Origin: Eledone cirrhosa
Lineage: Eukaryota
Reading direction: 5' to 3'
Assembly: GCA_964016885.1 (NCBI GenBank)
Contig: OZ024741.1
Coordinates: 297,414,001-297,478,000, forward strand
Length of the DNA stretch: 64,000 bases
Shown one piece after another: positions 13,261 through 25,534 of the stretch. The number at the start of each line of letters is the position of its first letter. The first letter of the stretch is position 1. Position numbers and translations under genes: made by a program. The notes below the pieces were generated by a model. The model worked only from the letters and a program-made list of their open reading frames with translations. It was not told the origin of the DNA and did no database searches.

Positions 13261-13770
13261 GTAATGACAATGATGATGGTGGTGATGGTGATGATGGTGG
13301 TGATGGTGGTGATGGTGGTGATGGTGGTGATGATGGTGATGATGGTGGTAATGAGGATGGTATTGACGATGGTGATGAATGCAGTGCTGCTGATAGTAAT
13401 GATGATGGTGATAGTGGTGATGATGATGGTAATGATAATGGCAGTGTTGCTGATGGTAATGATGATGATGATGATGATGGTGATGATAATGATGATGGTG
13501 GTGATGATGGTGGTGATGATGATGGTAATGATGATGGCAGTATTGCTGATGGTAATGATGATGGTGATAGTGTTGCTGATGGTGATAATGATGATGATGA
13601 TGATGGTAATGACAATGGTGATGATGGTAGTGTTGCTGATGGTGTTGGTGATGATAGTGATGGTGATGATGATAGTGATGATGATAGTGATGATGATTAT
13701 AAAGATAATAGCAATTATGATGATGATGATGATAGTGATGATAATGATAATGATGATAAAGAGGAAGTGA
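13261..13770. repeat. Degenerate (GAT/GGT)n trinucleotide tract, intronic
   Basis: Directly visible. Confidence 0.9.
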
Positions 13771-14049
13771 TGGTTATTGTTACTTGCTGGTAGTTATTCT
13801 CTGATGAGGACACAATAATGTCTGAACTGTATAAGAATAATCACTCATATTTTTCTGTGTACACTACGTTCTTTCCACAGTTAAGGCTTTTAATTAAAAA
13901 ACAGTACCGTATTTCCTGTTATGGAACATACTTCACCCTTGAGGACGCACCCTAATTTCGACAACTAAATATTTGAAAAAAATAATAAACACAAAAATAA
14001 GTCTTGTTAATATTTGCTAGTATATTAATAACAAAACTTATATAGCAGA

Positions 14050-14240
14050 TTGACAGTATCAGTAGAGTGCTGGACAACATGCTTTGTGGCTCTTTACGTT
14101 CTAAAGTTTAAATCCTGCTGAGATTAGCTATGCCTTACAGGGTTGATAAAATAAAGCACTAGTATTGCACTGGGGTCGATTTAATCAACTTTCCTCTCCG
14201 TCAAAATTGCTGGCCTTGCACCTACAGTAGAAATCATTAA
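14050..14240 (+). mobile_element. tRNA-derived SINE copy
   Basis: GGGTTGATAAAATAAAGCACTAG..CTGGGGTCGATTTAATC..AATTGCTGGCCTTG. Confidence 0.65.
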
Positions 14241-14504
14241 TATTTGCTGATAAACCCTTTTAACATACTGCAGTTTTACTTCTTTTGTCACTTAATAGTG
14301 TTTTCTTAAAATCAGGTTGCTTGAAGAGAATGAAAACACAGGCAATATTGATACACAACATGTAAAAATATCACTTGTTAGTTGCCTCGTCTACCATAGT
14401 CTGCTCATATGGGAATGGATTTTTGGGATTGCGATATATGTTTTTAAAAATTATTTATGATACTTTTATTTATTTACTATTTTAACCTAGTATAATTTAT
14501 AGAC

Positions 14505-14650
14505 TTTCAAGTGTGTACACTGTCTTTCAATTGTGTACAACATAGACTTTCAAATGTGTACACTATCTTTCAAGTGTGTACAACACAGGCTTTCAAGTGA
14601 ATAAACTGCTTTCCAAGTTTGTACACTGTCTTTCAAGTGTGTACAACACC
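14505..14650. repeat. Minisatellite, ~21-bp unit CTTTCAAGTGTGTACAC/AAC..
   Basis: About 7 imperfect units visible. Confidence 0.8.
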
Positions 14651-15489
14651 AAAACCACCTCCGTTTTTTATGAAAAAACCCATCTATTTTAAAGAGTTCT
14701 TATTTATAAGGTGGTGGATTGGAAGAGTCATTAGAACATCAGATAGAATATCTTTACACTATTCCTTCTGGCTCTCCACTAGCTGAGTTCAAATTTTACC
14801 AAGTTCAATTTTGCCGTTCATCCTCTTGAAGTTGTTAAATAAATATCAGTCTAATACTAGGGTCAATTCTTCCTCTCTCTCTCTTTCTTCTTCTTCTTTG
14901 CCTACTTATTCCAAAGAGGGTCATGGGGGCAGAGTCCTCAAACACTCCTTCCAGCAGGTCCTGTCTCCAACTGATCTGACTGGATCCCCAAGCAAGACCA
15001 GCTGAGGTGATGCATATTATCCAACCATCCTGTTCAGGGTCTACACCTGGGTCTTTCTCTTTCTCTGGAAGAAATTGGCTGTGTTCTGACCTGGAGAGGA
15101 ATGGACTTTATTGGGTTTAAATGCCCAAGACTTATGATGTGTGACAATGGTGCCCCTATGATTCCATTAGTAGTTAAGGGCTGATGGCAAGAATTTCAAT
15201 TTAAACTTTCTGACATCATTTTATATAAGAACTATCTAAGTTACTATCTTGATAACAAAATAATGAATATTTTAGTAAATCCCTCCATATTCGTCATTAA
15301 ATAGTTAAATTACAGTCTATATAAACTATCGAAGCATTGCGTAATATGAAATTCTTTTCAGAAAATGTAAGAATCCCAAATTCAGGACAGACTCTAATAA
15401 CAGTAAAAAAATACGCCCATGGACAAAAAAATGTGGCCAGCAGCTGGGTATTTTATTCAATTTTCTAAGCTATTATTTATAACAATTGG

Positions 15490-15655
15490 CTTACGACCCT
15501 TTATGGTGTGAGTTCAAATCCCGCCAAGGTTAACTTTGCCTTTCATCCTTACAGGGTCGATAAAATAAAGCACCAGTAATGTACTGGGATCGATTTAATC
15601 GACTATTCCCTCCCCCCAAAAAATTACTGGCCTTGTGCCTATACTAGAAATTATT
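15490..15655 (+). mobile_element. tRNA-derived SINE copy
   Basis: GAGTTCAAATCCCGCCAAGGTTAACTTTGCCTTTCATCCTTACAGGGTCGATAAAATAAAG. Confidence 0.75.
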
Positions 15656-16715
15656 ATTTAAAACTGTTGTTACTGTCTTTATTGCCTTTGGGATTCTTAA
15701 ATTTTCTAACAGTCCATCACAGCATCGAGAGTACTTTTGAATTTTTCCCACTGATCAATCATTGCCCAGGCCCTAAACACCCTGGAAATCGATGGAGCTC
15801 ACCATGAAATTTATATTTTGACTAATTTTTTGCCTTCAGTTTTAGGTGTATCATGCAACATCAGAGGCTATATTAATTTTTTTTAACAAATTTCATTAGT
15901 ACCCTCGATGCTGTTGCGTACTGTAAAAAGAATTTAAAACTCAGTGTATTTCATTAGAAATGCAGTCATAAAGGGTTAAAGACAGTATGGTATAACTGAA
16001 GGGAGGTTTGATTATTATTTCTAGCAGATTTATAGTAGTAGGTGGAGCAAATGACATTCAATGAATGAATGGAACAACAAAGTCAAAATTATTTATACAT
16101 CTCACCACCACCACCACCAATAATAAAAAAAAACATCACTACAAACTCTGCTGCAACAACTCACCACCATCACCTCTGCTAACAACACCATCACCATTAT
16201 CATCATCACCATCATTAACACAATTACCATTACCAATACACTAATAGCAGCAGCAGCAGCAGCAGCACCACCACCAACAATAATAACAACATCACTACAA
16301 ACTCTGTTCACCAACTCACCATCATCATCTCTGCTAACATCCCTATCACCACCAACAATACCAACACCCCCACCAACACAATTACCATTACCACTAACAT
16401 CACCTCCCACCACCCACAATAACAACATCAACATTATCTTAACCCCATCACATCCAACACTCCATGAATGACATTTCAATGTTGGTAAAGTCAAGGACCT
16501 GCTGAAGTTGGGATAGAAGAGGTCACATGACAAGAGACATTGGGTGGGGTAGAAAGAGACACAGAGAGAGGAGAGAGTTGGAACAGAAAGTAAACACCTG
16601 ACTACAAAGTTGTTCACCTGACAAGAGTGTTAGTCAGTTAATCTCTGCTTATCTACTTTCACACACATCTATCTCTCTATCCATCAATCTTGAAATTTGT
16701 TTTGTCTGTGTATAG

Positions 16716-16780
<65 letters not shown>

Positions 16781-17876
16781 CTATGTTAAGGTATCATAAC
16801 ACATATAATATGTATGATGATTATGTTTCTCAGTAGAAAAGCTCAATGCACATTTTCCCAGAACATCAATAATTCAAATTAAAAGATATATGTATATATA
16901 TATATAGAGAAAGAGTCACATATCGTTGGAGAAACAGTATTGTGGAAAAATTCTTATTTTCCTAACGGTACTGTTTCATAGTTTGTAAATCAAAGCAAAA
17001 ATCGATCTAAGTAATTGATTATTGATTACCAACTATCAATTTTGGTAAAGCTACGTAAGACATGAAACGGAAGACATCAGAAGAATCGTCTTTGGATAAG
17101 TTCTACTAGAATACAAAATACCTTTATATCTGTCGGGATTTGAAAGTTAGCCAAAACCATAGACATCATGGTGAGAGAACGTTTTAACTGTGGCGGCAGA
17201 TACAAATAGGACTGGGTGTTGTATCTGCTAAAAAGAGGTGCAAAGTACTTGTCCCAGTATAAACAGTTCAACAAATTAAATATTTGGAGCAGTTATATAC
17301 TAAGTTAAGGTATCATAACGTATAATATGCATGATGATTATGTTTCTCAGTCCTATTTGTATTTGCTGCCACAGTTAAAACATATATATAAATATATCTT
17401 TTAATTTGAATTATATATATATATATATACATACACAGAAAATAATTGTAACAACAGTCGAATGCTATAAATATTGATAGCTTTAGAAAATCGGGTAAAA
17501 TATACTTAGAGACAGAAAAAAGTGGCCGGAATTTGAGAGGTACGGAGTTCATTTCACAATAGTAGCTGCTGGCTATTTTTTTCTGTTCCTAAGGGTATTT
17601 TATGAGATTTTCAAAAGCTACTATTATTTATAGTGATCAACTGTTGTTACAGTTATTTTCTGATTTTTTTAACTTCCCACTTACCTCAAGCAGTATGGGA
17701 CTAGTATTTCCAGATATATTCATTACAATTGACTCAAACTACTTTCAAAAGGATGTAAGAGGTGTCAACCTCAGTGGGATTTGAATTCAAAGTACTGGAA
17801 AAAAAGCACTGCCCACCCCTCATATTAATTGAATCGAAAAGAAAAGAAAATCATAAACTACCAAAGACTGACTCAC

Positions 17877-18117
17877 CTGCCCAAATTAAATGCAGTGCTT
17901 GGGCTTTCCTCGCAATCACTTTCAACCATATTAGGCCATGTCCACAAACAACATCCACCATCAGACTTCTGACTCTACAATCACTGTTGCTGAAAGGTTG
18001 CAAGATCCCAACAAGGTTTGCTGCACACTGGGTTGCAGTGTGCAGTATAGCAGCATAATGGTGAAGGTTGCTGCTTTGCAGGTGACTTCTACGTACAGTC
18101 ATTGGCTTTTGGTGCAG
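17877..18117 (-). CDS. C7orf25: C7orf25/UPF0415-like protein, most 5' exon found (LHQKPMTVRRSHLQSSNLHH...VDVVCGHGLIWLKVIARKAQALHLIWAG)
   Basis: Acceptor ATTTTCTAG and donor G|GTGAGT; phase 0/1; matches the recalled SHLQSTNL and [28 protein letters not shown]. Confidence 0.9.
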
Positions 18118-18249
18118 CTAGAAAATATGGCAAATCAAAGAGAAGAATAAGTAATATAGACACTTTAACCCTTTTGTTACCATATTTCTAATGGAAGACA
18201 CTATGATATTTAAATATGAAAATAATTAACATTTCGGAGCGAGTTAATA

Positions 18250-18470
18250 ATTGTTTCTTATATAGGCACAAGGCCATCAATTTTGGGGGAGGGGAAAGTC
18301 GATTAAATCAACCCCAGTGCGTGACTGGTACTTTATTTTATACACCCCTTAAGGATGAAAAGCAAAGTTAACCTTGGCGGGAATTGAACTCAGATCATAA
18401 AGGGCCGTAACTCAATGCTGGAGAGCCTGGTGTCTGAGGCTCTACCAATACTGCCAATCCACCGCCGCCC
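18250..18470 (-). mobile_element. tRNA-derived SINE copy with apparent target-site duplication
   Basis: Full SINE body; GGAGCGAGTTAATAAT occurs on both sides (~18236 and ~18472). Confidence 0.75.
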
Positions 18471-18789
18471 TGGAGCGAGTTAATAATATAACTAATTTTC
18501 TCATTATTAAGTTGATGTTTGGAACATAACTTAAAGGTTCTTACAGAAAATTATGGTGGTAGGATTCTAGATAAAAATAAACATTTAGATCTTTGCTGAT
18601 AAAATTAAAGTAAAATATGAAATGGAAATAATAGAGGAATAAGATGGTTTTAGAACTGGAAACAGAAGAAAATCATTAACTTAAAGATAGGTACTCAGAA
18701 AAATAGAGAGCATGAAGAAATATGTATGATCATTATGTGTATTGTATCTCCATCAATTCCAATGATAAGTATTCTAGTTGTTTGAACAA

Positions 18790-19040
18790 CAGAACAGCCT
18801 GCTCATGAAATTAATATGCATGTGGCTGAGTATTCCAAGGATATGTGTACCTTTAACATAAATCTCAGGGAGATTCGACATGACACATTTTATGACAATC
18901 AGGACCTTTGAATTACAAGTACAACACATTTTTGCCAGCGGTGTTGACTGGAGCAATGCAAAATAAAGAGTCTTGCTTAAGCACACAACATGTCACCAGA
19001 AGTTGAACTCATAACCTTATGATTGTGAGCCAAACACTTT
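18790..19040 (-). mobile_element. tRNA-derived SINE, second family
   Basis: GACTGGAGCAATGCAAAATAAAGAGTCTTGCTTAAG..GAACTCATAACCTTATGATTG, reverse complement of 7733-7880. Confidence 0.65.
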
Positions 19041-19084
19041 AAATATTGCATCACACTGATGCAATATGAAAAATAACAATAGTT

Positions 19085-19850
19085 AGATAAAAAGACAAAA
19101 ATGGAAGATCTGATTTTAGCTGCACAAGATCAATGTAGAGCCATGAAAAACTAGTAAGGTAAAAGAGGTTAGCATTGAGTAGAGATTATCTATCTAGTAA
19201 CACTGAATGGAAATTATCTAGTAACACAGAGTAGGGATAATCTAGTAACACTGAATGGAGATCATTTAGTAACACAGAGTAGGGATAATCTAGTAACACT
19301 GAGTAGGGATAATCTATCTCATAATACTGAGTGGATATTATGGAATATCTATCTAATAACAGAGTGGAGATGACAGACTATCTAATAAAATAGAGTGGAG
19401 ATTATAGACTATCTATCTAGTAAAATAGAATGGAGATTATGGAATATCTATCTAATTGACAGAAAGAAAGGATCAACAACCTCATTTCCTGCTTCCCAGT
19501 CATTGCAAGGCATAATACATAAACAGGCATGGCTTGCTATATAACTATATTGATTGGTTAGTACATAGACACCTCCACATGAGATCTGATGATAAATGAT
19601 GTACAAAGTCAACAGAGGTATCATGTAACAGTGATACCATTATGATATACTACAATATATCTGTCCAAACTGACAAGAAAACCAAAGCAAAATTAATACC
19701 ATAATAAATGACAGAAAAGAAAATATATTTATATACACACTAATATATATCTTAATCCTACCTAACAAAGATATCAGCTGAGAGCAAGTTGCAACATTAT
19801 CAAAGTGCAAGAGACCTAAAAATGGTATTAAACAAAATGTAGAAACCAAT
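19085..19850 (+). mobile_element. Highly decayed Dong/R4-like C-terminal remnant interrupted by a ~22-bp minisatellite (19170-19460)
   Basis: MEDLILAAQDQ, later INNLISCFPVIA and NISVQTDKKTKA resemble the R4 Zn-knuckle/REL region; tandem GAGT(A/G)G(G/A)GAT(A/T)ATCTAGTAACAC units. Confidence 0.5.
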
Positions 19851-19967
19851 ATAATGATATGCATATCATATATTTGTACGTATATGCAAGAGGCGTCAGT
19901 TTTTTGAGGACACCTCTTTCTTGAGCTCTAACTTTCTTATTACTAATTTTTTTCTTTTTTTAGATAA

Positions 19968-20390
19968 ATGATGCCAGACATTAAATTGATTCAGCAAATG
20001 AAAAGGCATGCTGTAACCATTGCCATAAAAGTACAGCATAGTGATACAGCGATAGCTTCCTTCTTGAAAGTTACCCAAGTCTTCGTTGTCAGAGTTAGAA
20101 AGGTTCTGGAAACTGCCGACAAGGATCCAACATCAGCAGCCAAATGCAAAACACATGCACAAGGTCCTAATACAATCAGAACACCTAAGTTTGGAAAAAA
20201 GTTTTAAAAATTAATCAAAAGATAATTGGAGCCATCAAAAGACCTTAAGCCTTCAGAATGCATCATCAAAAGAGCTGCCTAAGAAGACATCTGATACAAG
20301 TTGTATGTGATGTGGAGAGGCCAGAACAACACAAGCATGGACGCATGACAATCTCTGACCACATTCTTCCAGACACATGGCCTCCAAGGT
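19968..20390 (+). mobile_element. Tc1/mariner-superfamily transposase remnant
   Basis: N-terminal HTH-like KRHAVTIAIKVQHSDTAIASFLKV...VVRVRK and downstream DTWPP resembling the WPxxSPD motif. Confidence 0.5.
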
Positions 20391-21094
20391 ATATATATAT
20401 ATCATCATCATCGTTTAACATCTATCTTCCATGTTAGCATGGGTTAGACGGGAATTGTCCCATCTGGCAAATTTTTTATGGTTGGATGCCCTTCCTAACA
20501 CCAACCACATTTATATATATAATCATTTCTATAGCTGAGTGAACTGGAACGATGTGAAATAAAGTGTTTTAAACAAGGACACAATGCACAGTCCGGCCCA
20601 GAATAAAACTCACAACCTCATGATTGTAAGTCAGATGCTCAAATTATTAAGCCATGTGTCTTCACGCAGATGTGTGTGTGTGCGTGTACACACACACACA
20701 CACATATATATATATTTATATATATATATATACACACACACACATATATATGTATATATATAAAAGCAATGTTGTCTCTGATCGACACGAAGCAAGAGAG
20801 TATTTGAAAACATAGAAATGAGAAAACTCATCGCTAGAACAGCTGTTAAATCAGCTAAATACTGTCAAAGACAGTGATGGGCAAAAATGCCCCAGAGACA
20901 GATTCCAGCAGCCAGTGATCAACAGAGAGATAATAAAAGAGGAGGAGGACAAGGAGAAGTGTGTTGGAAGAAATAAATAAATTACTTCTTTCTTTCAGTG
21001 ACTTAAACAAGGACACAATGCACAGTCTGGTCCGGAATAAAACTCACAACCTCATGATTGTAAGCCTGATGCTCAAATCACTAAGTTCTAAATA

Positions 21095-23710
21095 GAACAA
21101 TTATGACAATTATATCTGCTTATGCACCCCAATCTGGTCTACCAGACATTATAAAAGACAGGTTCTATGAGTTCCTAATGCACACAACTTTCCAAATAAA
21201 TGACAATGACTACATAATTATTGCTGGTAACTTTAATGGGCATGTTGGACAACACTGCAGTGGCTACGACGGGATCCATGGAGATTATGGGTTTGGTACT
21301 AGAAACGAGGAAGGGTGCAGGATCATGGAATTCTCTGAAGCCAATGGCCTATCTGTAACACAAACTTTAAAAAATGAGACAATCACTTGATCACCTACAG
21401 TTCAGGGGAGCACACCAGCCAGATAGATTTTATCCTTACCAGAAGACGAAACAGAGTGACAGCTGTAGACACAAAGTTCTTTACTAGTGAGGAATGCACC
21501 TTCCAACATAACCTAATAGTTAGCGACCTTATAGTCAGAGCTGGACAATCTCGATGACGGAGGACAACCATACAAAGAAAAATGTGGAAGTTGAAGCACC
21601 CCTCAGCTACAAACAAATTTAGCAACATGTTACTCAATACTTTCAACAGTAAAGAAGAGCAAATAGAGATATACAATATAGAGGAGCAGTGGGAATTCCT
21701 GAAAGTTAATCTACTGAAGGCAACAGATGAAATCTGTGTCTGGAGAAGACCTTTAGGGAGAAGGAGAGTGACTTAGTGGTGGAACAGTGGTGTGGAGAAG
21801 ACAATTAAGACTAAGAGGCAGGCTTGGAAAGAATGGCTGGATGGAGGGAGTAGAGTAAACTATTAGGTGGCTAGGAGAGAAGCTAGGTGACAAGTGTACT
21901 TTTCAAGAAGGGAAGCAGAGGATAGAAAGTTCAAGCATGTTCTGCAATGTGAGGACCAAAGACATGAGGTGTTCAGGGTTGTGAGGCAATGTGTCAAGGA
22001 AAATTGTGATATTGTTGGGGAGAAGTGTGTCTGTGATGATAATGGTGTACTTGCCCTCAATGATACTGATAATAAGGTAGCATGGAAGTGCCAATATGAA
22101 AGACTACTAAATGTGAGAATGAATGGGATGAAGATAGTTTGCTCCAAGATGATCCAACAGAGGGACCAGCTGTGCAAGTTAGAAGTAGTATAGTAAGTAA
22201 GGCAATCAAATATATTAAGATTGACAAGGTAGCTGGACCTTTGGGGATAGTTGCTGAGATGCTGAAAGTGTCTGGAATGGTGGGACACACCATGGTCACC
22301 CGGATAGTAAACCAAGTAATACAGAATGGGGTCATATCAAATGACTGGTGTAGCAGCACCATCATTAACTGCTACAAAGGAAAAGGAGACACTCTAGATA
22401 GAACAAACTATAGAGGCATTAAGTTAATTGATCAGGTCATGAAGGTCACAGAAAGAGTTATTGCACAGCTGATTAGGGACCGAATTGATCTAGATGAAAT
22501 GTAGTTTGGGTTTGTGCCAGGTAAAAGTATCACAGATGCTCTCTTCCTCGTAAGGCAACTACATGAGAAGTACTTAAATTAACCCCTCTACTTAGCTTTT
22601 GTTGACTTGGAGAGAGCCTTCGACAGAATCCCTCGCTCCATTATATGGTGGGCTCTTAGAAAACTAGGAGTAGATGAGTGGCTTGTGAAAGCTATACAAG
22701 CCATGTATAAAGGAACAGTTAGCAAGGTTAGAATTAACAATGAATATAGTGAAGAATTTAGCGTAAAAGTAGGTGTTCACCAAGGCTCCATCCTTAGCCC
22801 CCTCCTGTTTATTATTGCCCTACAGGCTATAACAGAAGAGTTTAAGACTGGCTGCCCATGGGAACTTCTATATGCAGATGATCTCTCATAGCTAAATCTA
22901 TGGCTGAATTAGAGAAGAAATTCCAAACCTGAAAGCAGGGTCTAGAATCAAAAGGCCTTAAAGTTAACTTATTTAAGACTAAAGTTCTAGTATATAGAAA
23001 AGAAAATAGGGCACAGATTCCCTCTGAGAAATGGCCTTGCTCAGTGAGTAGGTAAAAATTCCATTCAATGTCCCAAATGCAAGCTATGGATAAAAGTTGT
23101 AGTGGGATCACAGCCAGGCTATCAAAAAATGTAGGTTTTATGTGGCCGATGCTCAGGTGCAGTAGGTAGCAAGTGCCCGCAGGATACTAGCTCCTTCAAT
23201 TGCCCAGGTGGTTCTATAGAAATAGTCGACACTTTCTGTTACCTGGGTGATAAAATCAGCAGTGGAGGAGGATGTTCTGAAAGTACAGTAGCGAGAGTAA
23301 GAACGGGATGGAAAAAGTTCAGAGAGCTAATACCGCTGTTGGCCACAAAAGGTTTCTCTCTAAAAATGAAACACAGATTGTACGATGCTTGTATACGAAC
23401 AGCAATGTTATATGGTAGTGAGACCTGGGCACTGTGTGCAGAGGACCTGCACAGATTGGAAAGAAATGAAGCATGCATTCTCTGATGGATGTGTAATAGT
23501 AGTATACATGAACGGCAAAGCATAAATGAACTAAGTAAGAAATTAGGCATAAGAAGCATCAGATGCAGTATACTAGAGAGGAGACTATGTTGGTATGCTC
23601 ATGCAATGCGCATGAAGGATGACAGCTGTATAAAAAGGTGCAGTATAAAAAAAATTGATGGAAGCTACTGAGTAGGAAGACCCAGGACCCCTGGGATGAA
23701 GTGATAAATG
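21095..23710 (+). mobile_element. Degenerate RTE-clade LINE (APE endonuclease + RT), many stops/frameshifts
   Basis: IISAYAPQ..GNFNGHVG (APE); YKGKGD..NYRGIKL; FVDLERAFDRIPR; GVHQGSILSPLLF; ELLYADDL. Confidence 0.9.
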
Positions 23711-23782
23711 CAGGGAGGGGGGGGGGGGGAGGTGTTAATGAGTGTGAGAGTGAAGGAGTGTTGAAGATTTAAAGGAATTAAA

Positions 23783-23828
<46 letters not shown>

Positions 23829-23829
23829 A

Positions 23830-25085
23830 TACAGAAAATAGTGAATAGTAACAGTAAGATAATTGATTGGGAGTGGTGTTGGGTTGTTTAAAGAGTGTTT
23901 AAGAAAGGGGCTGTAAAAGTGCCCTCCTGCTGGTTCCATTTCAATAAATATTAGCTCACATATTCACTTCCCTACATGTAAACATAGTTACAGCCCATAT
24001 ACATACACACATATATATACACCTACATATACACACACACACACACATCTACACACATATGCATATACATATATACACACACATACACGTATCTACACAC
24101 ATATGCATATACATATACACACACACACATACACATATCTACACACATATGCACATACATAAATACAGACACACACACATACCTACACACATGCATATAC
24201 ATACACACACACATGTATACACATCTACTCAAGTATTTAAGTTCACATGTACACTAGGGTGGGGAAGGGAGAATTAATGAAATGGTAGTGTATCTCCGAA
24301 GGTTGTTCTTCTCTTCAACGATCGAATGTTTGAAAGTGCGGGTGTCATCTACTTCTATTTGGATATTTTTCTTTCTTCAATATGCGATTTTTTAAAGGAA
24401 AGAGAGAGAGAGAGGGGGGGGGGGGAGAATCCCATTATTTGAAGATGGAATATCATTTTTTGTGTTCAGTAGTGGTTTGTACTTTCTAATGAAGAATTCT
24501 TCTTTATATTTCCAGAAATGTTCATTGTCCGACCATATCTTAAAGAAGGGGAAAATGGTGAATTTTCCCTTTCCACATGTTGTGAAGTGTTCACTGCATG
24601 TGGTGTTTCTGACAGAGGGGTCTCCAATTTGTTGTTTATGTACACAAACTCTGTTATGTAAACCCATTCCAGTTTCACCAATGTAGTATTCTTTACATTG
24701 TGGGCAGGTTGCACAGTAAATTAAGTTTTTGTTTTGCAATTCATGCTTGCATTAACTTTGAAAATCTGATTGTTTTTAAAGAAGATTTGTCCACCCTCTT
24801 CAATGTGTTCACAAATTCCGCATCGAGGGTCCCCGCATTTCTTAACTTGCATTGCTTCATTATCAGACATAAATTTTGCCTTGATAAGCAGTTTTTTTAG
24901 GTTGGGTGCTTGGCGTCTACTATATATCATTTATGAGTCTTTTATGAGTGCATTCATTTTAGGGGACTGCTGGAGAATCGGGAGATATTGTTTAGCAGCT
25001 TTCACAATGTTGAAGTTCCTTACATTGTGAGTGATGACAAAAGGGATAACTGGAATCAATTATCTTACTGTTACCATTCACTATT

Positions 25086-25092
<7 letters not shown>
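23830..25092 (-). mobile_element. Penelope-like element fragment (GIY-YIG endonuclease) bounded by ~39-bp inverted repeats in (TA)n
   Basis: RQAPNLKKLL..CGDPRCGIC..MNCKTK / NLIYCATCPQCKEYYIGETG..LHNRVCVH..EEFFIRKYKPLLN; IR at 23830-23868 and 25054-25092. Confidence 0.85.
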
Positions 25093-25139
<47 letters not shown>

Positions 25140-25147
25140 ATATATAT

Positions 25148-25495
25148 ATAGTGAAAGAGTGAAGAATAATGAAGAATAACATGGTCAACAGTACAAGAAG
25201 GGTTTTATTTACAGTATTAACAATTGTTTCATTGATTAAGTTGTCTTAAAATTGTTAATCACTTGAAGTTATGTCACTCAATTTTAAATACGATGTATGC
25301 TTAACCAAATCATTAGATAACTGAATAAAATTATACATAGCGTTTAAAAAATTCAAATTACAGCATCAATAATAACGAAAGAAAAAGAAATAGAAAAAAA
25401 AAGAAAAAAAATAGAGAAAAAAAGAGAAAGAAAGAAAGAGATAAAGAAGAAAAAGATAGAGAGAACAAAAGAGAAAGAAAGAAAGGAGAAAAAAG

Positions 25496-25534
<39 letters not shown>

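Noticed and set aside
12394-13770. Met/Val/Ile/Thr-rich ORFs overlapping the C7orf25 exon and intron
   Set aside because: Alternative-frame readings of trinucleotide tracts
24285-24325. HHR-like TTGAAGA-GAAG..CTTC-GGAG on the - strand downstream of the GIY-YIG fragment
   Set aside because: GAAA box and stems I/III not supported
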